64,000 nt of DNA from Tubiluchus corallicola (taxonomy: Eukaryota; Animalia; Priapulida). The translations under genes and the position numbers were made by a program. Each line of letters starts with the position of its first letter. Position 1 is the stretch's first letter. Positions 1-12,232 of this stretch are shown piece by piece. A model generated the notes under the pieces. It had not been told where the DNA came from and searched no databases. It saw only the letters and a program-made list of their open reading frames with translations. The stretch is taken from assembly GCA_030141605.1 (NCBI GenBank), contig JAQGDQ010000003.1, forward strand, positions 806,001-870,000, written 5' to 3'.

Positions 1-400
1 ATCAATATCTGTTACTCAGACAAATTTCTTTCTTCTTTTTAACAAATTTCCTTACTTTTCTACGCCAGCCACTTCTATCTGTTACTCTGTTACAAATTTC
101 TTGTTTTCAGCAAATTTCTTTACTTTTTCAAAGCCAACCACTCCTACTTACAGGACAGCAATGCCTCGTTCTCGGACAAATTTCTTTCCCACCTTTTTGT
201 AAATTTCCTTGTTTTTTCAATGGACTCCACTTCTGCTCATATAGGCAACAATGCTTATTTCTCGGGCAAATTTTTTTCTTTCCTTCTACAAATTTCTTTT
301 ATTTTTTCAAAGACATCCACTTCTGTTTATACGGACAGCAATAATTGTTTTTTTGGGTACCATTACTTTTCAATCACAACATCAGGACAAGTTTCTGAAA
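1..400. repeat. Degenerate tandem repeat (minisatellite-like, roughly 75-100 bp units)
   Basis: Recurrent ACAAATTTCTT...TTTTTCAA...CCACTTCT...(G)GACAGCAAT blocks; the short ORFs here are repeat artefacts. Confidence 0.6.
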
Positions 401-2036
401 TCAACCATTAGCCCAGCAATGAAACGACAGTAATTAGAAATTGAGCACAAAATATGGCAAGTTTTGTATTTCAGCTGAAGTGACACAGCACTGTTTAATG
501 TAATCCTTGGTTTTGCGAACACGTATGAAACCCACATGAACGATTCCTATTGGAAAATTGTACCCAACGGTAAGTCCTCACAATGATTTTTAATTCAGCT
601 TCTAAGTGCTAAATTTTAACAAATACAGTGGAACTTGCTGTAGTCAAAATTAGTTATGGTCCAAAAATCATCGTGCTTTTCATTAAGTAAATCACCTATC
701 ACATCCACACCTGAAACCAACAACACTGTGTCAGAAATCTCCAGGCAATGCTATTCTGGAATCTTGACAAAGCAAAATAAAATAAAAGCATCATTCATAA
801 AACTGCTGTCAATTTAACACTGGTATTGCCATAAAAATACTGGTATGCAGAATTTTATGTGAAATGAAGGGTACGGGTAAATCATGTTTACAGGTAAGAG
901 ACAGCTCCTCAGACTTTTTTGGTGTTCTTTGATTTGCTAACCTAATTTCGCTGACTATCATTAATTCGTCACAATCAATGACAAGCACCACAGATGTATA
1001 AAGAAAACCAAAGCAGAAAACAACTAGCTGTACGAGTATTAACAGAAGTTAGTGGTAACTTTAACAAACAGCTGTGCCAACATTTTTGTCAGGTGCACAT
1101 TGGATAACATTACATAGTATTTGGCCAATTTCTACACCTGAGTATTTCCATTGCACGGTGCTGCTGACTAAGAAGTGCAAAAAGCCAGAACATATAGCAC
1201 CTTGTAAGCAAACTAGTATCTAAAATTCCAGGGTATAATTGCCATTGCTGACTTACATCATTACTCTTAGGGGGGGAGGAAGGCCAATCCAACAAGCTGC
1301 TCCTGGTGTAAAGCATACTCCTTACATGAATTAAAGTCTTAAGCTGTCACATCATGAATTAAATGTCTTTGATACATTTAGTGGAAATACAAATACAGCA
1401 TTTTTGGTTAAACTATGACTTCTTTCTTTAGTGGAAATACAATGTCCTGTGGCTGTGAAGAGTCTGTCTTACTTACTGCATCTTTCAGAAAATATACAGA
1501 AAATATTTCAGAAATATTTCAGAAAATATGCATCTAAGTAATACATAATAGGACTCAAAGAAGTCAGAGTTCAATGGCATGCATACTTAGGAAAATTAAG
1601 TTACACAGTTATATTTATCCAAATCTTGACAATTTTACCATTACCCCAAAAGCATTAATGTGGTAACTATGGGGACTTAAATGTTCTCTGAGTAAGGTCC
1701 TACATTTTGAGAAAAAATCTCTGTGAGACACACTGCAAGACAATTTCTCATTTCAGTACCCTGTGATATTACAGAAACTTCACAAATCTCTGCAAAATGA
1801 TTACAAAGATAGTTGTGTGTCATCTGAGTCACAAATCGGGCAAAAGTTGTTCATACCAATGCGGGTGTGGAATCTTACTCTTATGCTCACTTTCTCATAT
1901 AACAAAAAATTCTGGCATGCTGAGTAAGTTCACATATGTCATATGCCAATAATGTAATAATGATGGATAATATTCTTTGACTAGGCAAAATCCATGACAA
2001 TGTGATGAAGAACATTGCAGAAAACAGTAAGCTCAC

Positions 2037-2114
2037 CTTATTATAAGAAACAGCCAAATGTTCAGCATCCTCCAGTGAATGATTTTGAAGTTTTTCGGTG
2101 ATAAGGGTAACCAT
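2037..2114 (-). CDS. FAM53: First coding exon of a FAM53-family protein; remainder not resolved, probably continues left of the window
   Basis: Translates MVTLITEKLQNHSLEDAEHLAVSYNK, matching the N-terminus I recall for vertebrate FAM53A (MVTLITEKLQSQSLDD). Good Kozak context (GCCATGG), acceptor GCAG before 2131, donor AAG|GTGAGC after 2037. Confidence 0.8.
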
Positions 2115-3832
2115 GGCGATAGATCAGGCCTCTGCTTTGCACACGCAACTTGAAATTAATGTAACCAAGACATTTTTCAGAGTGAATCTCTGCAAAGAAA
2201 GAATTGCCATAGAAGACTAACACATGTCCAAATGTTGCATGAAAAAGTATACATTGCACACAGATTACACCAGTAATGGATTTAAGTAAATACAGTACTA
2301 AGGCCTTATAATTTCATGAGTGACGTCTGCTAAGCATCTTGAGCAAGTTAACAAAGGATTGTTAATTAAAGTCAAAAAAGCTCGGTTTTCAAAGAAAATT
2401 TCAAATTGAGTTTTAGCGCAGACTTTCTTTGTTGTTTTCGTTATTCTCAAATCTTGGACCCAGTGGCTGTATAGATATATTTCTGAAAAGTAAGGATTGT
2501 TCATTTTGCAATTTAAGCTTATATCCAATTTAATTAATTACACTTTCAGGGTTAATACCTAGTAGACTCTACAGTTTTTTGTTTCCATGACAGTGTTCCT
2601 TAAAAAAATCTCAGGTAACAACAATATGGATATGCAAAGGATTGGGCTACTCTGTAGTTGATTCTGGGCTGCATGTGGCCTGCGAGCTGTTATTTGCCTA
2701 AGTTGTAATGCATCATTTTGAGCTATAGTCCAACATTGTGTCTTATTTTCTTGTAACTTGTAAGTTAAACCAAAATAAATAAGTTTGTTTGTAAATGTAA
2801 GTATGTAAATACATATATACATATATATATTGTTACTTAAGCTAGTGAACAGCAAAGTGAAGCGTTTTAACTGATCACAACATACTGATACTAAATATAT
2901 TTAATAATTTTCAAACTATACTGCATTCACGTGGCTTGCAGCAACCACGCAGATGACGCTAACAGATAATAACAACCTTACAATACTTATAGAAATTTTA
3001 ATAATTATGCATGAAACACGTATTATTTGAGCGTGGATATAGTTGTCACATTTTTGAGGGTATCATTAGGTACTGTATTTTTACTAGTACTGGTTAGCAG
3101 AAAAAAGCAGACTTTTTTAAGTATACAAGTGCCATAAGTTGTATTAAACAGTAAACTCTAAGGAAGTTTACACTTTGATTTTCCGTTTATAGTGCTTATA
3201 ACTATTACAAGTATTGCTATAAAGTCAGCTTAGTCTGGTTCACTAACAGACGGCTATAACTTTAAAAAACTACTAATAATTATGTGGCTTTGGGATGTTA
3301 GTCGCAGTAGCTGTATACTGACTTGTTGTCAGGAATGACAAATTAAGTAGGCAACACATAATCATGCCAATCAAAGAAACTTGGAAGAATTTAAGCCTAA
3401 CATATTCTAATTACTATTTTGCCAATCAAACTATCTGATCTGATTTAATCTTTTCTTATCTTAACAATGTGAAACTGGGGAGTACTCACACACTGCAGTA
3501 GTAACTACATTAAACCAAAGACGCTACTGCGGTGTAAATAATACTCAAATTCATGCTTACTTTGCTATTTTACTGAAAAAAAACAGCTTAAAATGTGAAA
3601 AGGAATGCGATTATGTGCAGATGAACTGATTCATTCAAGTAGCTACTCGGTTACTAACCAACTCCTCTTTACCACAATACAATTTTCGTGAAAGCTCACC
3701 ACTGATTGAGACTGATCGAACTGTACATTACATGACGTCACTGTATACAGTGTGAACGGAAGAAAAAAAGCAGAAAGCAGTAGTGCTTCGTATGCGTTCA
3801 TTACAAATACTCAGACATATGTGCGAACTTAC

Positions 3833-4010
3833 CTGTAGATAAATGTATTAATGACACATCCGCGGCTCAAAGTGCTGATATTATGAGAAAATAACAGTTA
3901 AAACTGGTATATTATACGGTGACAACTCCAAATCCCATCAACGGCTCAGCTGTGTAAAGCGGCTGCGCGGTGAAAACCCGCCAGGTGTCGCACAGTCGCG
4001 CTTAACTTGC
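3833..4010 (-). other. Probable non-coding 5' exon of the FAM53 transcript
   Basis: Locally CpG-rich segment ending in a perfect donor CAG|GTAAGT at 3833/3832, upstream of the FAM53 coding exon; only short ORFs inside. The 5' boundary is approximate. Confidence 0.45.
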
Positions 4011-5254
4011 TTCATTTCTCTGTCTGCTTAGCAGACCAAAGATACTAACTCAGTTTTATTTAATAACGGGTGAAAATACTATTACAAAAAGAATGGAAAA
4101 AATTAATTGTCGAGCTTTAAAATTGTTCACAATGATTACGATTCGTCTTATGTAGTTTTGTTCAGGTAAACAGATTCTCATTGCTTGATCGTATGAGATT
4201 AGGTTGCATTGCATCTCCAGATGTGGAGACATTCAAGCATGGTAACCAACTTGGACGAAGTATTTCAGGAAATTGTTCTGCATAGTCTGCGCTCTCTTGA
4301 CGGTGAAATACCTCATTATAATATCATTACTTATGACAAAACCTCTGTCAGATACTGACTCATATATGAATGGGTTAAATTATGGAACAAGTTGCTTGAT
4401 AATTATAATTAAAGCAGTTACTGATATCAGTGTTTATAAATCAGCTTTAATATTATGCTTATTTAAATGAATTGTGTAGTTATAACTGCAACGTCTGTAG
4501 CACTTGTCGAATTTTACAGGTTTCAGTAAGTTGACGAACATTGGATCGAAACAACGTGCAACAGTAAGTACATGTCTTCTATGAAACTCTGCTTATTTAC
4601 GTCGGCAAATAGCTATTTTAACTAATGTTTTTTATTGCATTACTAATCTGACTGAAAGCAAAATTTTGTTCGGCTACTACTGCCACTATAACACTTTCAG
4701 TGCTAGTGTCACAACGTGGATTGCAGAATTTAGGGTTGCAGGTTATGTTGCATATTACGTTGCTTATAGTCACTCATATAACATATCATCTGATCAGCAG
4801 CTTAAAAAGTGTAGTGCTCACTCTCGAAATTTAGGATTATGGAGGATCCAAAAAGTGATGTCTGTTAGTCTACATGATCATAATACTATGTAAACCGTCG
4901 TGCAAGAAGATGTTCGAAAGGGCGAGAAAGTACACGTACAACACAAATGGAACTGCTATTATTAAATTTTTTTATTATTCATTTCATGTTTATTGCAGTA
5001 CCAAAAACTGTCAAAAATGCTGTAAAAAGTTTATTATAAAAACAGGGCTGCTGTACCACCACCAAGTTCGTTAATTTGCTCTTTCATTATTTAGTTATTT
5101 AGGTTCCAAAGATAAGCAGTCAAATGAATGATTAACATAATAAGCCAAGCAAGGTGCTTGATCCAGCTATTATACAAGGGCATAATTATAATTTCTCATC
5201 AATATCTTGTGCCTTAAAGCCTAGGCTATAGTATAGGTATGTTACAAGATACTG

Positions 5255-5445
5255 CATGAGATTTTGGACAATTTGGTTAAATTTTGAATTTCAACTTGCT
5301 TAATTTTATCTCTTTAAATATCACTGTCGTAATCGACTACAGTTTGTAACTACGAGTACCTTAACTATCCAGGAATTGTTTAAAATATATTTAGATATAT
5401 ATTTAAAAATATATACTGCGGTAACAACTATCCAGAATACGAGTA
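5255..5445 (+). repeat. Dispersed repeat, copy 1 (copy 2 at about 10860-11040)
   Basis: CAATTTGGTTAAATTTTGAATTTCAACTTGCTTAATTTTATCTCTTTAAATATCACTG... aligns by eye with CAATTTGGTCAAATTTTGAACTTCAATTTGCTTGATTTTGTCTCTTTAATTATCACTA... Confidence 0.75.
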
Positions 5446-6095
5446 GTATGTGCACTTAGAATATACACTCAGCACCGAGTCTAGTCAATACTTTTGTGGG
5501 TGGCCAGTAGACACTTAAAAATTGCTTCTGAGTTCTTTTATTTACCAATCTGGTCTTGGCCAATTTCTCTATTGTGGGAATCTAAATGATGATGGCAAGA
5601 CATCAAGACAACTTAGCTAGTCTCGAGGGGAGGACAGATTTCTTTTATCTGGGTCTGTAAGAGACGTATTGGAGCATAAATTTATAAAGGTGGTTGATGA
5701 TCATATGCCCAATTATGATAACATAGAGATCTAGATTACGTATGATGATACTCGTTAATATGTTTTTTTTTACTTAACTAACTACATTGTTTGGTTTAAA
5801 TAGTGTGTGTGGAAAAATAGTCTCAGCACGCAGTCTAATTACGCTAAACAGTATAATAGTTTTTCACAAAATACGCATAATTTGTGTGAAAAATGCTAGG
5901 TAACTGATGTAATAATGAGTTTTATGTAGACGAAATACTAGTCGTAACTAGTAAAGTTGATTGCTGTTGTTATATTAGTGGTTACTGGTCAGTGATTAAC
6001 AACAATGTTGTTGTTGTACTCGTAAAATAGTAAGTTAACTATTGTAATAATAATTGTATACTACTATTACCATTTATTGTCAATACCAGCAATGT

Positions 6096-6118
6096 ATTAC
6101 TATTATTATTATTATTAT

Positions 6119-6156
<38 letters not shown>

Positions 6157-6183
6157 TAGTAGTAGTAGTAGTAGTAGTAGTAT
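6096..6183. repeat. (TAT)n(AGT)n microsatellite, likely the 3' tail of the adjacent minus-strand LINE
   Basis: Trinucleotide runs seen directly, located at the 3' side of the LINE remnant. Confidence 0.85.
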
Positions 6184-6189
6184 TTTCCA

Positions 6190-9100
6190 TACATCTGAAT
6201 TAGTTAAGTCCTGTCTCCTGACAGCCGTAATCGGAGAGATAGCTGAACCATAGCCGAACCAGAGATGTTGTATCACATTTACTATGCAATAATTAACAAT
6301 ACGCTATAACATTCTTGTTGATTTGTAAATTTGGAGTACCACTAGGGGGTCAGTGCGGTGCCTTAGTCCTGACTAGGGGTGCGCATCAAACGTTCAAGTT
6401 CGAACTCGATCCGAACCTAAAGCTATAGATTCGAATAATTCAGCGCTTCAATCACATAATGTTTATATCACTCCAATTTAAGACATCCCTCACCATACAT
6501 CCCACTTTTCTTTTCTTTTAGAAATATTTCCATCTTTTTTCCATTCTCTTGTATATAATCCCCTAGATATTTATACCATGTGGTTTCATCAATCTGCCCT
6601 TTTTAACTCTTACTGCAGTATTATATTGAGTACGTTGGCTTCTTTTTTGTTTCCTATTCTTAGTACCAGTGATTTTTTGTGCTAAAAGTCATTTTTTTGT
6701 TCTTTCAAAAAATCCACAAGTATGCAAAACGCTCATGTATTTGCTCGTCACTACCCATACTTGCAATGTCATCTACATATACTCTTGCATTTATTCTTGA
6801 GTTAGGTCCTACTGCAACATCAGACTCCTTCCAACACTGTTAACTCTGTCAGTTATTACACTGCACATTCTAGGACCCCACACTGTTCCTTGACGCACTA
6901 TTTCACCAAGTTCTAACCAGTCAGTTTCTCCCACAGGTGTTTCTATTACTGGCCAACCCTTCTTATTCAATTAATAAATCTGACGAATTTCTTCTGGTGT
7001 CATACCTTTCATCCACATTTCAATTAAACAATCTCTTGGCCACAGTTTATTGAAACATTTCTCTGCATCAAGGAAAACTATTTTTAGCTCTTGGCCTACC
7101 CATTTGTAATATTCCATTATTCGGTAAATTGTAAAAATAAGGTCAGAAGTTTCTCTTTTTCGTCTCCTACCGCACTGACTTTCTGTAATCACATTTTCTA
7201 AAAGTTCTTCATTTCTTTTCAATAATATCCTTTCGAATAATTTCATCAGTGTATTTGTTTAAAAATTTCTCTTCTGTTGGTGATATCATGTCTGTTAACT
7301 CCTCTTTTTTATTGATTTTATTTTGATTTGTTTCCATTGATCAGGAATTTCAAATTCCCTAACTTGGTTCAACATTCTTACTATGCTTTCTTTTAAATCT
7401 TTGCCTGCATATATTATCATTTCATTGGTCCAACCCTGAAGGTCACCCGCCTTACGTTTTTTTAAATCTCTTATTACTTCATCCACCTCTTCTACATTTA
7501 TTTCCCTTATTTTTCTCCTTTTACCTATCTCTATAATTTGGTTGAAAAGTTTATAAACTTTTTCTTCTACTACTAATTCTGCTTCCTCTATTGCTAGTAG
7601 TTCTTCATAATATTTTACATACTTCTCTTTAATTTGTTCACTGCCACTGATCACCCTGCCATCATTTTCTTTAATCACACATCTTTCCTCTTTTTTTACT
7701 ACCCATCATTCTTCTTCTCAAATCCTAGAAAAGGTTAGATCTCATTGTTCCTTCCACACATAAGCATCCTACTGCTTTTTCAGTCTCCTAGCTGGATCAT
7801 TTTTCTCTTGGTCTATAATATGTTCAATCACTAACTTTATTCTTTCCGCCAATTTGCATTTCCGAGATTCACTGGTGCCTTGACAATTTTGTGTTTGTTT
7901 TAATTTCAAGTCTTTTCTAATTCTTGCTATAATTCTTATCATTTTTGACTTGCCTTTCTTTTTCTTGACATTTTTAATTAGAGTCTCCTTTACTTTTAAT
8001 ACCTCTCAGTTCCACATGTTATATTTTTCTTCGCAACTCTCTTCTCCATCCCAAATCTTTGCTAATCCTCCTACTTCTGTTAGATTTTTAAACAATTTTG
8101 CATCTTTTTCCTTTAATTTGTATTTGTTTTTCTTTTACCAGCATCTCTTTCATTTGCAACAATAAAAGCTTCTCTCCAATTTAATGTTACTGATATAGTG
8201 TTATGGTTAGAATATAGAACTTCACCTTCACCTCTCTCACGTGCTGTTCTATATACACCCCATATCTTTGCTTCATCAATAACCATTTTTTCTACAATGT
8301 GCACATCATTTTTCTTTATTACTGCATAATCATTTACTGATTTAGATTCGTTTCCGACCCTGGTCCATAGCCCTGAGCAGTTATTAGCAGCATGTATTAT
8401 TTCCAAATTGTTTTAATTGATTAAATTAATCAACAATTTCCCAGCTGGGGTAACTTCTTCTCTATATCGTTGTATCATACTTCCTATTTTGCAATTGAAG
8501 TCCCCAATCAACATAATTTTTTCACTTTCTCTTTCAGTTTCTTCTAAATGTTCTTCGATATGCTTTTAATTGTTGAACTTTTGTCCTTTCCTCCTGCGGT
8601 CAATATATACAGCCAATGCCAGAATTTGATTCTACCATTGTTGATTATTATCCAAATCCCTTCATAATTTTCATTTTTCTAATATATAAGTTATACTAGC
8701 TAATTCTTTTTTAAATAAAATTATGATTCCTCCTTTTTCACCATTTTGATTATTAATGACTTTATCGTATTCACTATGTTTTGTTTTGAAATTAAATTCT
8801 TCATTTTCTTCTTCTCCATCATTTAAAAAAGTTTCAAGAATACACATAATTTCTAGATCTTTTTCTTCTAATATCAATTCAACACTTTCCTCTTTCTTTT
8901 TTAAACCCCTGCAGTTTACGTAACCTATTTTAAAATTTCTGTACAAATTTTTATTACTATTTCCCCTTCTTACTTTTCGTTTTAGCTCATTGTTTTGTTC
9001 TTTGTTTTTACCACCTCCGATTCATTCGGAATACCAACTTTTGCACTTGTTCGCCTAAAAAATGCAATTGCTGTTTCATACCTTCCATTTGTTAGTTTCT

Positions 9101-9190
9101 CTCTCTTAGCTCTCTTGGAGTCACGGATGCGATTGTTGCGTCGAATGCGTTTTGTATGACGGTGCACTGAAAGCAAAATCACTCAGTAAT
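6190..9190 (-). mobile_element. Decayed non-LTR retrotransposon (APE endonuclease plus reverse transcriptase, broken by stops and frameshifts)
   Basis: Minus-strand fragments: KIGYVNCRGL, ILETFL, KGGIIIL and GDFNCKIG (endonuclease); LKKRKAGDLQGW, MKLFERIL, ESQCG, IVFLDAEKCFNKLW and VRQGTVWGPRMC (RT). Ends approximate, clade not assigned. Confidence 0.9.
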
Positions 9191-9539
9191 TTACAACATG
9201 TCAGCGCTTATGGTGAGGTAGTTATGTATTGGTCAGTTATGTTTTTAACTTATAATTCATAACTGATTTAGTTGTGATTAATTAAATGTTGTTAACGTAA
9301 CTACTATTATAACTGATTTAGTTGTGAATAATTAAATGTTATTAAAGTAGTTATTTACAAGAGCAATTGGCGCTATTAATTACAATTTCGCACCGCCTAG
9401 CTTTTCCTGGCCTATTGCCTTGGTTGTTTTCACGCCTGCAGGCCAGAAAGCAGACCAACAGGCGTAATATACACCATATTTCTATAATATTATTGGTTTT
9501 TAGGCTTTATAATTCCAGATTAAAATCAGGTTAAAATCA

Positions 9540-9940
9540 TACATTACTTACCGCCGCCATTACGCAAAAAGCTCCAACCGTGTTTACACCACTAATGCGC
9601 AATCGCTCTCGCGCAGTGACGATGTGGCCCTTAACATGTATTTTTAGTTTCTTCGCATAATTTATGATTATTAGGGTTGCAGCCACGGAACTCAAGCTGG
9701 CATATACGAGGAAATTATTTTAGACGACTACAGTTATTTATCAATAATTTTATTTATTACTGTAGTATTATTACTATTAGATTATAAAAAAGTAAAGGTT
9801 TTTTCTTTATTTCGTAAATGCGGTGAAGATGAAAGTGTGTCACGTGCTTTTAAGCTAGGCCCTGATAATGCATAAACTAGTACGAAATTCGTCACGTGAC
9901 TACACACACAAACAAGATGGCGATACGACCTGTATAGGTG
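9540..9940. promoter_or_regulatory. Putative bidirectional promoter region
   Basis: CpG-enriched patches, palindromic E-box GTCACGTGAC (9891-9900), YY1-like AAGATGGCG on plus (about 9914) and AATGGCGGCG on minus (about 9552-9561); lies between divergent FAM53 and CUSTOS/RNPC3. Confidence 0.5.
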
Positions 9941-10339
9941 TAGAACTGTGAATACAGCATAATTATTGGTAATTATACCTAAATATATGATTAAATTACA
10001 ATTAGATTAGCGGAAACATTCACTGGTGAGGTGAGAATAATAGAATAATGACGTACGAGCCTAGAAATGAGTAATAACCTAGAAAAAGCTAGGCGGTGCG
10101 AAAATGTAATAGCGCCGAGCAATTACATAATATTATTCTTGTAATTATTGTATTGAACCATGTATGTTTTAATTTTAATGCGATAACAAACAGATTCTTG
10201 CTCGCTTTAATGACTGTGTTGTTAGGCGCCGTTTAGCACACTAGGCAATATGCCGCAGAGTGCTGGACTTAATACCGCAGCAACAGAAAGTCAAAAAGTC
10301 AGAAATTAAAGCAAAACCGGACCCAATGAAAATGTTAAA

Positions 10340-10748
10340 CTGTAGGTCAAAAACAGGTGGTGTACCTCTCAGTTTAGATGTGTTAGTCTGCGACAAACTG
10401 CACATGTTTGACAGCTTATACATGAGTACAGAGGTAAATTTGAAATTTTAATTTCTACCTTAAAACTTGTCGAGTTTTATTACAACACACTGAATCTCTT
10501 ACTGTAGCACATCACTTCAATTTTCACTTTAGCAAATGTACAACACACTCATGTAATGTTTTCAATGTTGAAAAATATGTTAGTTTGTGATTTCATCACC
10601 AGTTGGGCTCGCCCATCGCTAATTAAGATTTTAATCTATTATTTAATTATCAGAAACTCTTTCACAATTTTACTGGTATTAAAATGCATACTTTTTACCA
10701 TACTTGAATATGGGGTAGTATATGAAAATTCATCCTGTATTCCTTTAA
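10340..10748. mobile_element. Partial copy of the TTAA-ended non-autonomous DNA element also at 44303-44896
   Basis: Shares TGTACCTCTCA, CATGTTTGA, CACACTGAAT and the terminus CATCCTGT(A/T)TTCCT-TTAA with the 44.5-44.9 kb segment. Confidence 0.65.
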
Positions 10749-10859
10749 GCTACAATAAAGACTTTTAAAACATGTTGACCATGATTGCATAGTCATTAGA
10801 TTTCCATTATTAAATTTGCATTTCTCAAGTGCCTCAACACCTTTGATTACAAGATTACT

Positions 10860-11040
10860 GCATAAGTCCAAATTTTGCACAATTTGGTCAAATTTTGAAC
10901 TTCAATTTGCTTGATTTTGTCTCTTTAATTATCACTATCGGATAATGACTACAGTTTGTTATTACGAATACCTTAGCTATCATGGAATTGTCTAAAATAT
11001 ATTTAATATACCACGGTAACAATTATTCAGACTGTGAGTA
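10860..11040 (+). repeat. Dispersed repeat, copy 2 (see 5255-5445)
   Basis: Direct similarity to 5255-5445 by eye. Confidence 0.75.
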
Positions 11041-12232
11041 AATAATTATGTAATTTATAATTCACATATAATGAAACTCAGTGTGGTACTTGGGCAGTTG
11101 ATATACCGCACTTGTTTTCCAGATATTTATCGCTTGCGTAACATGGCAGCGCCCAACATGAGTATAGTGTAGCCCTGAATTTTGTTTGGAATATGCATTG
11201 CATTCTACGACCAACATCCCATTGGACTTAATTGACATCAAATTTTATGATTTAGTCGATTTAACAATAAATTAAATTATAATAATTGGTAATATAATTA
11301 AAATGTAATCGTTAATTTGCACCACTGCAATTAGTTAGTTATCTGGCTGCTAAGGGGGAATGAACAAAATGGGGAAGGCTTTATGTAACGATGTGTCAGT
11401 AGTATGGCAGTGTGCTTGCTTAGTATCTTAGCTTTCAACCCGACTTCCAGCAATCAACATATTTTCCTCATATTAAATGTTTATCAATGGGAAATTTGAA
11501 TGCAAATTAAATTGAAGAATTCATGTTGTTTTTTATTTGCTAATTAAAATCAATTTAAATCAAAATGGGCATGATTGATTGTGCATTCGTTGTGATATGG
11601 TTGTATGTTTTATCAATTCATTATAGGTTGGTCAGCAATTGAAGCACAACGTCCACAGGCCTTTTTGATTGTTCTGAGATTCTGACTATTGTGCAATATT
11701 CATATCGTTGTAGTAGTGATGGGACAAATATTCATGAATTATACAAAAATCTTATATAGATGCGATCTTTTTCCTAGCTATTTGAAAGTATTTGTATTCG
11801 TAAATAACAATTTATCATGTGTAATAAAAGCGCAAATGGTAATCTGCTGTATTAATAATTTTCTTTTGCTGCTGTGTCATGCAAATTGTTTAGGGAAAAA
11901 AATTTAGATATCAGCATCATATTTCGTATGCTGTGTGAACATCGTCATCATTATTGTCATTGCGTATATTACAGACATTGATTGGCCAGGTTTCAAAAAT
12001 TAAAGAACTTTATCCACAAGACAGATAGACACAGCTAACACTAGACGCCTTTATGCCAGTGGTTTGTCAGCACCACTGCCGATGATAACAATTACATACT
12101 TTACTTGAAATTGTATTTTGAGATTTATTTATTTTTAGGGCTTTTGCCTGCAGGGCTGTGGTTTCAAAGTCGTCATCATTCTTTGATTATTGGGAACTTA
12201 CAAAGATCTTTTCCTGTTAGAGCAAGCTTAAC

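Noticed and set aside
1-400. Repeat array considered as CRISPR-like
   Set aside because: Eukaryotic context, degenerate units, no unique spacers, no cas genes.
809-1480. Short minus-strand ORFs as further FAM53 exons
   Set aside because: No in-phase exon with FAM53 motifs could be built.
10260-10451. 63-aa ORF with a donor-like GAG|GTAAAT, considered as a third cistron
   Set aside because: Its 3' part aligns with the dispersed TTAA element at 44.5-44.9 kb, and no recognisable protein results.
11627-11760. Exon-like block with an in-frame TGA (possible selenoprotein)
   Set aside because: No recognisable homology, redox motif or evident SECIS; may be UTR or intron.
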